DNA of 64,000 nt, from positions 288,815 through 352,814 of the forward strand of contig CAWBVU010000005.1 in NCBI GenBank assembly GCA_963792405.1. Reading direction: 5' to 3'. Of the stretch, positions 52,652-62,406 are shown one piece after another. A model generated the notes under the pieces. That model was not told the origin of the DNA, made no database searches, and saw only the letters and a list, made by a program, of their open reading frames with translations. Numbering within the stretch: the stretch's first letter is position 1; every line of letters begins with the position of its first letter. The position numbers and the translations under genes are program-made. The stretch is from an uncultured Acidimicrobiia bacterium. Lineage in GTDB: Bacteria; Actinomycetota; Acidimicrobiia; Spongiisociales; UBA5794.

Positions 52652-53677
52652 ATGAAGCTCCTGATCCTTGGCGCTGGTGGATTCATTGGATCCAACCTCG
52701 TCGAACACCTCATCGCCGAGGGCGTCCACGACGTGACGGGTGTCGACGTCGACCACGAGAAGCTCGAAGGGATCACCGGTCCGAACTTCACGTTCATGCC
52801 GTTGGACATCGTCTCCGACGCGGCGTCCGTCGAGGGGCTCATCGCCGAGACCGACGTGGTCGTGGACCTCGTCGCCTACGCCAATCCGAGCCTCTACATC
52901 TCGGCGCCGCTGGACGTCATCCGGCTCAACTTCATGGTCAACGTCGACACGGTCGAACACTGCGTGAAGCACGGCAAGCGACTGTTCCAGTACTCGACGT
53001 CCGAGGTCTACGGCAAGCCGTCCGGTCCCACCTACAAGGAGGACGAGTCCGACCTCGTCGTGGGGCCCGTCGCGAAGCAGCGGTGGGTCTACTCGGTGTC
53101 CAAGCAACTCCTCGAGAGGGTGATCCAGGCCCACGGGCTGCGCGGCGACCTCGACTACACCGTGGTGCGCCCGTTCAACTTCATCGGGCCGCGCTTCGAC
53201 TACCTCGTGCCCGCCGGCACCATGGGCGGCCCGAGAGCGCTGTCCCACTTCATGTCGGCCCTGTTGACCGGGGGGCCGATCTTCCTCGTCGACGGAGGGC
53301 ACCAACGGCGGTCCTTCACCCACATCGACGACGCGAATCGGGCGTTCTCCACGCTGCTCGACCACCAGGGGGCGAGGAACGAGGTCTTCAACATCGGCAA
53401 CCCCGCCAACGACACCTCGATCAAGGAGGTGGTCGCGCTGATGATGGAGCTCTACGAGGAGCTGACCGGCGTGCACCCGACGAACGAGATCGTCGAGGTC
53501 ACCGGTGAGGAGTTCTATGGCGTCGGCTACGAGGACTCACATCGCGTCGTGCCCGACATCGGGAAGCTGGAGGCACTCGGTTGGTCACCCGAGTACGACC
53601 TGAGGGAGACGTTCCGGGCGACGATGGAATCGTATCTCGACTCCGGGGCGCTCATCGCAGGAGGAACCGCACCGTGA
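52652..53677 (+). CDS. UDP-glucuronate decarboxylating SDR, UDP-apiose/xylose synthase- or ArnA-like
   Basis: GAGGFIGS, STSEVYGK, KQRWVYSVSKQL, VRPFNFIGPR, LVDGG, FNIGNP, EFYGVGYEDS. Confidence 0.8.
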   Translation: MKLLILGAGGFIGSNLVEHLIAEGVHDVTGVDVDHEKLEGITGPNFTFMPLDIVSDAASVEGLIAETDVVVDLVAYANPSLYISAPLDVIRLNFMVNVDTVEHCVKHGKRLFQYSTSEVYGKPSGPTYKEDESDLVVGPVAKQRWVYSVSKQLLERVIQAHGLRGDLDYTVVRPFNFIGPRFDYLVPAGTMGGPRALSHFMSALLTGGPIFLVDGGHQRRSFTHIDDANRAFSTLLDHQGARNEVFNIGNPANDTSIKEVVALMMELYEELTGVHPTNEIVEVTGEEFYGVGYEDSHRVVPDIGKLEALGWSPEYDLRETFRATMESYLDSGALIAGGTAP

Positions 53678-55911
53678 TGTCCGCAACGATCCGGCGCCTC
53701 GCCATGCCCGCCGCCGTCCTTGCGATGCTCGCATCCATGGTCGTCGTCGCCCCGATCTCGGTCGCGGGACAGGAGGATCCTCCCATCGAGGGAACGGTGC
53801 TGGTCGTCGCTCCGCATCCCGACGACGACGTGATCACGGCAGCAGGCATCACCTACAACCGGGCGAACACCTACATCGCCTACATGACCCATGGCGACTC
53901 CCACACCGAGGATCGGCAGGGGACCGTGACGGCCGTCACGACCACGACTCGGTTCTCGGACTCGTCAGCGGACTTCTCCGACGTCCCGACCGGGGTCAGC
54001 ATCACGATCACGAAGGGCGCCGTGAACTACGTGCGCGACGATCACCCAGGTGGTGAACGGCACCACGATCGAGATCGATGCACCGTTGCCGGCACCCGGC
54101 CTCGCCGTGGGGGACACCTACGACACCGTCGCGTTCATCCCGATCGGGATCGCCGAGACCCGGCAGGCCGAAGCCGTGTCCGCACAGGCCATCCTCGGGA
54201 GGGTGGAGAACGACCTGATCTTCCTCGGCTACCCGGATTTCAAGCTGACCGATGTGTGGAACACCACTTCCGGAGCAGTCATCGGGGGAACCGGGCGAAC
54301 GGCGACGTACGCGTCGAGGGGTCTCGGTCGGACCGACTGGCACGACTACCGGATGGGAGCCGGCACCCAACATGCCCCCTACAACCGGGAGGCGATGTTC
54401 GCCGACGTCCTCGCCCTCATCACGACACTCGAGCCCGATCACATCTTCACGACGTCGCCCGAGGACGGCACGGCGGACCACCGCACGACCTACACCGTCG
54501 TGAAGGCCGCACTCGAGCAGGCCCACGAGGACGATCCCAGCTACGGCGCCGTGCTGCACCGCACCGTGGTGTGGCAGAAGCCCTTCAGCACCTGTCTCAA
54601 CAACTCTGGCCGCTCGATTACCCGGGCTCGGGTGAGCCCCGGGCATACACCGATCCCAGCGCCATCGACCGCGTCGGGCTCTGCGGCATCTCCGAGCCAT
54701 TCGCCCCCGACTGGGACGATCGCGATGTGCACAACGTCCCGCCTGCCCTGATGAATCCCAACCCCGGATCCAACCCCAAGTACCGGGCGATCGACACGCA
54801 CGCCAGCCAGGGCGGCATGAGCTATGGCTCCTACATCGCACGGTTCTTCCACAGCGACGAGTTCTTCTGGGCGGAGGCCATCCCCGCGTCGTCCGCGGTG
54901 AACGACGGTCCCTACACCGTCGACCAGGGCAAGCAACTCGCCGTCAACGGGGTGCTCGAGAACGACACGGGGCTCGGGATCACTGCAGAGCTCGTCACGG
55001 GGCCTTCACACGCTGCGTCGTTCGCGCTGTATGCGAACGGCTCGTTCGCCTACACGCATGACGGATCGGCGACGACCTCCGACTCCTTCACCTACCGTGC
55101 CGTCGATGCGGCAGGGAACGGGACGACGGCCACGGTGACGATCACCGTCATCCCCGACATCATCCCTCCGCCCCCTCCCCCACCTCCGGGTGGGCCAGTG
55201 CACTCGATCGTGCTCATCGATCCGAGCCAGGGACTGTGGCATCTGTACGACCGCAACGGCGTGGAGAAGACGTCGTTCTTCTTCGGGAACCCGGGCGACT
55301 ATCCCATCTACGGGGACTGGAACTGTGACGGCATCGAGACGCCCGGCATGTACCGCCAGTCCGACGGATACGTCTACCTCCGCAACACCAACACCCAGGG
55401 ACCGGGCGACATCCGGTTCTTCTTCGGGAACCCCGGCGACATCCCCCTGGCAGGCGACTTCAACGGTGACGGATGCGACACCGTGTCGATCTACCGGCCC
55501 TCGGAGGCCAGGGCGTTCATCATCAACAAGCTCGGCCAGAACGATGGTGGCCTCGGCGCAGCGGACGTGACCTACTTCTTCGGCAATCCCGGTGACAAGC
55601 CGTTCGTCGGTGACTTCGACGGCAACGGCACGGAGACCGTTGGCCTGCACCGCGAATCGACGGGTTTCGTGTACTTCCGCAACTCCCACACCCAGGGCGT
55701 CGCGGACACCACGTTCTTCTTCGGAGACCCCGGTGACCGACTCGTGGCAGGCGACTGGAACAACAACGGGGCGTTCTCACCGGCGCTGTTCCGCCCCTCG
55801 AACACGACGATGTACTTCCGCTACACCAACACCCAGGGCAACGCCGACGCGTCGTGGATCGGCGGCCAGTCCGGGTGGCTGCCGGTCTCGGGCTACAACG
55901 CCCTCGGCTGA
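53677..55911 (+). CDS. secreted PIG-L deacetylase + Ig-like domain + GDW-repeat module; compensating frameshifts near 54037 and ~54600
   Basis: Signal peptide; APHPDDD, THGD, then LIFLGYPD and ADHRTT in the shifted frame (ORF 54050..54751); NGSFAYTHDG Ig-like domain; four GDW/GDF repeats. Confidence 0.8.
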   Translation: MSATIRRLAMPAAVLAMLASMVVVAPISVAGQEDPPIEGTVLVVAPHPDDDVITAAGITYNRANTYIAYMTHGDSHTEDRQGTVTAVTTTTRFSDSSADFSDVPTGVSITITKGAVNYVRDDHPGGERHHDRDRCTVAGTRPRRGGHLRHRRVHPDRDRRDPAGRSRVRTGHPREGGERPDLPRLPGFQADRCVEHHFRSSHRGNRANGDVRVEGSRSDRLARLPDGSRHPTCPLQPGGDVRRRPRPHHDTRARSHLHDVARGRHGGPPHDLHRREGRTRAGPRGRSQLRRRAAPHRGVAEALQHLSQQLWPLDYPGSGEPRAYTDPSAIDRVGLCGISEPFAPDWDDRDVHNVPPALMNPNPGSNPKYRAIDTHASQGGMSYGSYIARFFHSDEFFWAEAIPASSAVNDGPYTVDQGKQLAVNGVLENDTGLGITAELVTGPSHAASFALYANGSFAYTHDGSATTSDSFTYRAVDAAGNGTTATVTITVIPDIIPPPPPPPPGGPVHSIVLIDPSQGLWHLYDRNGVEKTSFFFGNPGDYPIYGDWNCDGIETPGMYRQSDGYVYLRNTNTQGPGDIRFFFGNPGDIPLAGDFNGDGCDTVSIYRPSEARAFIINKLGQNDGGLGAADVTYFFGNPGDKPFVGDFDGNGTETVGLHRESTGFVYFRNSHTQGVADTTFFFGDPGDRLVAGDWNNNGAFSPALFRPSNTTMYFRYTNTQGNADASWIGGQSGWLPVSGYNALG

Positions 55912-56063
55912 TCACCACGCCGAGGAGCCGGGCAACCACTGCGGGAGTTCTTTTCGACACCCTCAGTAGTTGATGGTAGAGTTCGCCCCGGACCGGCGAT
56001 CGATCGCCGGCGCCCGTCGGGTGTCCCACGCGGCGGGCCAGGGGCTTACGGCTAGGAGATGCG

Positions 56064-58563
56064 ATGGTTGGCTCTCGTAATTCACGGGCGAGCGCATTGG
56101 TGCTCGCCCTCTTCCTGTTGATCTCCCTCCTCGTGGTGATCACCGCAACACCCGGACCGGCCGACGCGTCCGCGCCGGGCACGAACGGCAAGATCGTCTT
56201 CGAGCAGGGCGGCGGTATCTACTCGATGAACGCCGACGGTTCGGGCATCACCCCGTTGTGGGTCGAGTCCGGCGTCAAGAACTACTCGCCGGCCTGACTC
56301 CCCCGACGGGACGAAGATCGCGCTGTCCTCCGACAAGACCGGTACAACGACCGGGACCAACATCTGGGTGATGAACATCGGACGGCACGCGGAGGACCCA
56401 GAGGACCTTCCTCAATGACGAGGACCACGTTCCAGCCGACGTGGTCCCCCGATGGGCAGTACATCGCCTATGAGCAACTCGACACGTTCGAGGTCCAGGG
56501 CACGACGACCGCAGGCACCACGACCACCATCCTCGAGGACACGACCAAGAACTTCACGACACTTGGCGTCGCGGTCGGCATGACCGTGGACGTCGCCGGC
56601 GCGTGGGGACGGTCGCCACGGTCGGCACCACGACGGTCACGCTGTCGGCTGCCATCCCCGCGATGACCACGGCCAGGCGTACACCATCCTGAGGGACCGC
56701 TATCGCATCTACCTCACGACGGCGACTGGTGGGACCACCGCACCGAAGAACCTGTCCGCTTCGATCGTGGAGTTCGCCCCGAAGGTCTACACCGACTACG
56801 CACCATCGTGGTCGCCGAATGGCGCCAAGCTCGCCTTCACGACGGGCCGCAACGGCCCCGAGGACATCTACATGGCGACGATCGACCCTGGGCCGGAACG
56901 CTGACGGGCATGACGAACCACACGCCGGATCCCGGGTGGCCGACGCGGTCGTGGGAGCCCGAGTGGTCCCCGGACGGCGACGAAGATCGCATTCCAGTCG
57001 CCGGACACGGGCTTCGAGAACATCTGGACGATGCCGGCGACGAGCACCACAGGCGGCAGATCCAGCTGACCGACCAGCGGGACCACGCTCGACCGTAGTG
57101 CGACGTGGTCCCCCGATGGCACGAACATCGTGTTCCACCGCGACGGCGGCGTGCCGTACGTCGATGACAACGAGGAGCTGATCAGGGTCCCGTCCGGCGG
57201 TGGTGCCGAGGTGAATCTCACCAATTCGACTGGCACGTTCGAGAAGCAGCCGAGCTACCAGCGGCTGAACGTCGCGACGGACGACACCTATGCCATCACG
57301 GTCGGTGGGTCGATCAACTCGGCGGCTCCGGGCGTGATGGGCAACGACGTCGGCCTCGGCGGCAACCCGCTCGCAACGGCGACCGTCGTTGCCGGACCCA
57401 CGCATGCCGTGGGGGGCTCGTTCGTGTTCAACCCCAACGGGTCGTTCACCTACACGCACGACGGAACCGCCAACGATGATGCGTTCACCTACCGGGTGAC
57501 GACGCCGGGCGGCAACCTGTCGAACATCGCGACCGTCGCGATCACGATCCCCGGCAACCCGCCAGTCGCGAACCCCGACGCGTATGACGTGGACAAGGGC
57601 GGAACGTTGACGGTTCCGGCGCCGGGAGTGCTGGGGAACGACACCGACAGCGAGGACGGGAAGCCCACAGGCGCCGTCCTCAAGACCGCCCCGGCGCATG
57701 CGGCATCGTTCACGCTCAACGCCAACGGGTCGTTCACGTACGTGCATGACGGATCGGCTGGGACGTCCGACACCTTCACCTACCAGGCGAAGGACTCGGG
57801 CAACAAGCTGTCGAACGTCGCGACCGTGACGATCACCATCACCTCGGACATCCACACGGTGGTCCTCGTGGACCCATCCCAGGGCATGTGGCATCTCTAT
57901 GACGCCGCAGGTGTGGAGAAGACGTCGTTCTTCTTCGGGAACCCGGGTGACTACCCGATCTATGGCGACTGGAACTGTGACGGGATCGAAACACCCGGCA
58001 TGTACCGCCAGTCCGACGGGTACGTGTACCTGAGGAACACGAATACCCAGGGAGCAGGTGACATCAGGTTCTTCTTCGGGAACCCCGGTGATGTGCCGAT
58101 CGCAGGTGACTTCAACGGCAACGGCTGTGACACGGTGTCGATCTACCGTCCGTCGAACCAGACGTTCTACATCATCAACGTGCTCGGCCAGAACGATGGC
58201 GGGCTCGGTGCGGCAGAGTTCTCCTACGTCTTCGGAGACCCGGGGGACAAGCCGTTCGTCGGTGACTTCGATGGGAACGGGACCGAGACGGTCGGGCTGC
58301 ATCGCGAGTCGACCGGGCTGGTGTACTTCCGCAACTCCCACACGCAGGGCAACGCGGACAACCAGTTCATCTACGGCGACCCGGGTGACCGGCTCGTGGC
58401 AGGCGACTGGAACGGCAACGGTGTCTTCTCACCGGCACTGTTCCGCCCGTCCAACACCACGATGTACTTCCGGTACACCAACAGCCAGGGCAACGCAGAC
58501 GCCCAGTGGACCGCAGGCAGCACGGCATGGCTGCCCGTGTCCGGCAACAACGGACTCGGCTGA
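56064..58563 (+). CDS. secreted TolB-like (PD40) propeller + two Ig-like domains + GDW-repeat module; many indels at 56290-57080
   Basis: Signal peptide, PGTNGKIVF, repeated WSP(D/N)G blades in shifting frames, intact C-terminal ORF from 57130. Confidence 0.75.
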
Positions 58564-58588
58564 CCCGCCGGGACAGCTGGACGAAACG

Positions 58589-58619
58589 CAGTGGCGGCGC
58601 CCATCGGGCGCCGCCACTG
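58589..58619. terminator. probable bidirectional terminator
   Basis: 14-bp perfect inverted repeat CAGTGGCGGCGCCC/GGGCGCCGCCACTG between convergent genes. Confidence 0.8.
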
Positions 58620-58682
58620 GTGTTTCCGTGACCATGCTGCCGGTGGCTCGGTTCCACCGCAGCGCATGACCGACCGTGCGAC

Positions 58683-60203
58683 TCACTCCCAGGTGCCGTC
58701 GACGTCCTGCCCCAGGGCGATCCAGCCATCTCTGTCGTACTCGGCACCGTCCCACGCATACGCGCGCCGGCCACCAACGGCGATGTAGCGGTTGGAAGTG
58801 AAGCGAATGTCACGCTCCTCGATCACGAACACGCCGCCCACGTCGTGCACGATGCCGATGGTCCCCGACGGCTGGCGGACCTCGTTGTCGTGCACATGGA
58901 TGCGAGCGAGCCATCGGACGCCGAGGGGACCTTCTCCACGCTCCTGCTGGATCCCCACGATGCCATCGGCGTTGTCGTACACCCTGTTGTCAGCGACCTC
59001 GACGTCGAAGGATGCGGCGACGAGGATGCCCCCTCCCCATGCCCACTCGCTCTTGCCGAAGCCGTTGCCCGTGACCTCGTTGCCGCGGATGACGGCGGAC
59101 CCCGAGATCTCATGGAAGATGCCGGGCCCGAGGTTGTCGGTGACCGTGTTGCCCTCATACGTCGTGTCGACGGCGTCGATGTCCGTCCACAGCCCCGGAC
59201 CGAGATTGTCGTGGGAGAAGGTGCGTTGCACGACGAGACCGTCGGTACGCGTGAACTTCCCGCCACCTCCCTCCCACTCCCAGAAGTAGCCACGGGTGTT
59301 GTTGTGGTCGAATTCCGAGTCGGTGATCACGACGCCGCTGCCGCCCGACACGGCGATGCCGAGCTGGCCGTTGTGGTGTGAGTGGACGCGGGAGACGACG
59401 GTGCGCTCGCCCGTCTTGATGCCGACCGCGTGGTTGAGGCGCACCTCGACGTCCTCGATCGTCCAGTCCCGACCGTGTTCACCGTTGCCGGGGCCTTCGG
59501 CCTGGATCGCACCCTCCTGCGATGGTGTGGCGTACTTCTCGACGATCAGGTCCCGGATGGTCACACCCGAGGCCGAGCCGATGAACGCATAGGGCTCGAT
59601 GCTCACCTCGATGAGCCGGCTGGTTGGGTCGTCGGCGATCACGATCCTGCCGTCACCGCCCCACCAGCTTCCCGGCTCGACTTCCTCGAGCGTGTCGGAT
59701 CGCCAGAGCATGACGCCGTCGATGTACACGTCGTTCGGCAGGCCGCACGAGTCGTACCCGGGGATGCACTCACCCCACGCCTCCGTCGACAGCGGCACGC
59801 CCTCGACGCTCCAACGGTTCCCGTCGGGCGTGAATCCGTCGAGAACCACCGCACCCGACATGACCGCACCGGACATACCCGCGAAGGTCATGCCGTCCTT
59901 CGGCACGACGGTCGGCGCCCGGTGGGTGCCGGCGGTGAGGAGGAAGGCCGTCCCCGGCTCGGAGGACTCGACGAGGGCGGCGAGGTCATCCGAGGGTGAC
60001 ACGAGCACCTGGCCGTCCTCGGTGGTCGTCGGCGGCGTCGTGGAGGTGGTCGTGGACGTGCTGGTCGTTGCAGGTGGCAACGTCACCGAGGTCAGTGGGT
60101 AGCGGTCAGCGCCGTCGCCGGAACAGGATGCCACGACCAGTCCGAGCGCCACGCCGATGACGGTCATGCCGATGCGACGGCGAGCGCTCGCTTCAGCGGC
60201 CAC
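58683..60203 (-). CDS. right-handed parallel beta-helix lipoprotein
   Basis: Lipobox VASC, Thr linker, Asn-ladder repeats (HHNGQLGI, HDNLGPGLWTD, GIFHEIS). Confidence 0.85.
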   Translation of the reverse strand: MAAEASARRRIGMTVIGVALGLVVASCSGDGADRYPLTSVTLPPATTSTSTTTSTTPPTTTEDGQVLVSPSDDLAALVESSEPGTAFLLTAGTHRAPTVVPKDGMTFAGMSGAVMSGAVVLDGFTPDGNRWSVEGVPLSTEAWGECIPGYDSCGLPNDVYIDGVMLWRSDTLEEVEPGSWWGGDGRIVIADDPTSRLIEVSIEPYAFIGSASGVTIRDLIVEKYATPSQEGAIQAEGPGNGEHGRDWTIEDVEVRLNHAVGIKTGERTVVSRVHSHHNGQLGIAVSGGSGVVITDSEFDHNNTRGYFWEWEGGGGKFTRTDGLVVQRTFSHDNLGPGLWTDIDAVDTTYEGNTVTDNLGPGIFHEISGSAVIRGNEVTGNGFGKSEWAWGGGILVAASFDVEVADNRVYDNADGIVGIQQERGEGPLGVRWLARIHVHDNEVRQPSGTIGIVHDVGGVFVIEERDIRFTSNRYIAVGGRRAYAWDGAEYDRDGWIALGQDVDGTWE

Positions 60204-60323
60204 GGCCGTCCTCCCCTCCGTCGTCCGCGCACATCGCGGGAGCGATGCAGTGGGGCCCTGATCGTACCAGCGCCGGGAGGGTCACCTCCCGGCGCTGGTC
60301 AGTGCCTGTGATCGAAGAACGGC

Positions 60324-61985
60324 CTAGAAGATGCCCGGTCCGATCGGTGCGTTCCAGTCGTTGTCGTGGATCCATGCATCACAGCCGCCACCGTCGTAGA
60401 AGCCGTTGCTGTACCCACCTGCGGCACGCCAGTTCACCTGGTTGCCGACGACCTCCACCGAGCCACATCCGCCGTACTGGTCCCAGACGTACATGCCGAC
60501 GTTGGACCAATCCAGGGCGTCGGAGTAGATCCGGTTCCCGCGAACCACGATGTCGCTGCCCGACGACACGCCGATACCGACCTGGCCCGGGTTGACGAGG
60601 ACGTTGCCCTCGACGAGCTGATGGGCGCCCTGGCCGTCACCGAGCATGATGCCCGAACCGGAACCGGAGGGCCCTCCGTTGCGGAGGTGGTTGCCCACGA
60701 TCCGGATCGGCGACGACGCCGTACCCGACGAGGAGAACAGCGAGATCATGTCCTCGACATCCGAGTTCCCGAGCTCGTTCTGCCCGCGGTTGCCAGAGAT
60801 CGAGGATCCCGCACCATTGACCTTGTCGAACTGGACGAGGTTCCGTCCCGCGTTCACGAAGGCGTTGCTGTCGACCCGTACCGAGTCGGAGCGATGCACC
60901 AGGACGCCATTGTTCGTGCCCGTGATGTAGTTCCCGGTCACCGAGGCGTTCGTGACGTCGGACAGGTAGACCGCATCGTCGCCGCATGGTCCGATCGTCG
61001 AGTTCCGAATCGTCACGTTCGAGCCACCGATCACCGACACGCATGTGCCGCCGGGGTTCGAGATGTGGAGGTTCTCGATGACGACGTTCGAGTCGCCCGA
61101 GATCCTCACCGGGCCCGAGGGTGTGCGGGGCGGCGGGGCGTCGAAGCCGGGGACCGAGACGGTCGTGCCGGCATTCGCGACCGTGCCGATGCCCGAGGCG
61201 GGGATCGCAATGCGGTTCCGCGGGCCTGCGAACGTGTAGGAGGCCGCACCCGACGCGTTGGCGTTGGAGATGTACAGCACACCCGTGGCGGGTCGATACA
61301 CGGCCACCGTGTCGTCGCCATCACCATCCCAGTCGCCAGCGATCACGCGATCATTCGGATCACCGAAGTAGAACACCCGATCCGGCACACCCGCGGAGTT
61401 GCGGTCCCGCAACGCCACCAGCCCGGTCGTGGAGCGGAACACGCCGATCGAATCGACTCCGTCACCGTTCCAGTCCCCCACGATCGGGGAATCGCCATGG
61501 TCCCCGAAGTAGAAGACACGATCGGCAACCACATTGCCCAACCGATCCGACAGGTAGAACTTCGCCTCCGACGGGCGATAGATCGCCAGCGTGTCACACC
61601 CGTCCCCGTCGAAGTCACCGACCAACGGCACGTCGCCCGGACTCCCGAAGTAGAACGACTTCTCGGCAACACCCTGCGAGTTGGAGTTGCGGAGATACAC
61701 CGACCCGGTCGAACGTCGGTACATGCCGGGGGTCTGCTCCCCGTCACAGTCCCAGTCACCCATCAGCGGCTCATCAGCCGGGTTCCCGAAATAGAACGAC
61801 CCGACGGGCGTGCCGGGCACGAGGTCCTGGTAGAGCGAGTAGACGGCCTGGTTGTCGACGAAGGCGACCGTGTCGCACTCGTCGCCGGTGCAGACCTCTG
61901 CGGCGTCGGCCGGACGTGGCGCTGCGAACAGCATGGCCGCCGCTGCGAAGAAGGCGAAGAGGACGGCAAGCGTCCTGCGTCTCAT
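60324..61985 (-). CDS. secreted protein: N-terminal GDW-repeat module + C-terminal beta-helix
   Basis: Signal MRRRTLAVL...ADA; four GDW/GDF repeats; IENLHISNP...NSTIGPCG...GSGIMLGDG beta-helix. Confidence 0.88.
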   Translation of the reverse strand: MRRRTLAVLFAFFAAAAMLFAAPRPADAAEVCTGDECDTVAFVDNQAVYSLYQDLVPGTPVGSFYFGNPADEPLMGDWDCDGEQTPGMYRRSTGSVYLRNSNSQGVAEKSFYFGSPGDVPLVGDFDGDGCDTLAIYRPSEAKFYLSDRLGNVVADRVFYFGDHGDSPIVGDWNGDGVDSIGVFRSTTGLVALRDRNSAGVPDRVFYFGDPNDRVIAGDWDGDGDDTVAVYRPATGVLYISNANASGAASYTFAGPRNRIAIPASGIGTVANAGTTVSVPGFDAPPPRTPSGPVRISGDSNVVIENLHISNPGGTCVSVIGGSNVTIRNSTIGPCGDDAVYLSDVTNASVTGNYITGTNNGVLVHRSDSVRVDSNAFVNAGRNLVQFDKVNGAGSSISGNRGQNELGNSDVEDMISLFSSSGTASSPIRIVGNHLRNGGPSGSGSGIMLGDGQGAHQLVEGNVLVNPGQVGIGVSSGSDIVVRGNRIYSDALDWSNVGMYVWDQYGGCGSVEVVGNQVNWRAAGGYSNGFYDGGGCDAWIHDNDWNAPIGPGIF

Positions 61986-62406
61986 GCCGTGGCGATTCCG
62001 ATCGGTGGTGTGGCCCGTGTGGTGGAGAATCATGTGAATCAGCGTGTCCTTGATCGTGTGCGCGCACTGAAGGGTTTCAGTGGCGTCATCGAGTCCCGGT
62101 GGGTTTCAGAGGCGCCAGCGCGGTGCCTGCCCAGACCTGGATGCACCGTGGTCCACGATGTACATCGCTTGTCGGTGACCATCGGGGCTGATCGACTGTG
62201 TGTTTGCGTGTGCCTGGTCGCCAGCGCGGTGACTAGCGCGTTCGGAGCCTCGTCGATGGTCCTCGGGCAGCGTATCAGCACGATTCGAAAACCGCACACC
62301 GAAATCGGCCAACTGCGCACCGATGCGATGTGCGAAGCGCCCGGCACCTCCGAAGGGGAGTGTGCCGGGCGCCGCCTCGGAGATCCGAGAGGTCGCACGA
62401 GGGGAC

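Noticed and set aside
55993-56010. 18-bp perfect palindrome CCGGCGATCGATCGCCGG and frequent CGATCG as a HIP1-like system
   Set aside because: CGATCG arises readily from common codons (ATC followed by G) in this genome; enrichment cannot be shown without counting against a codon-aware model
56295-56297. In-frame TGA in the PD40 gene as a possible second Sec codon
   Set aside because: It sits at a conserved Trp of WSPDG and the frame also shifts there, so it is an indel rather than recoding
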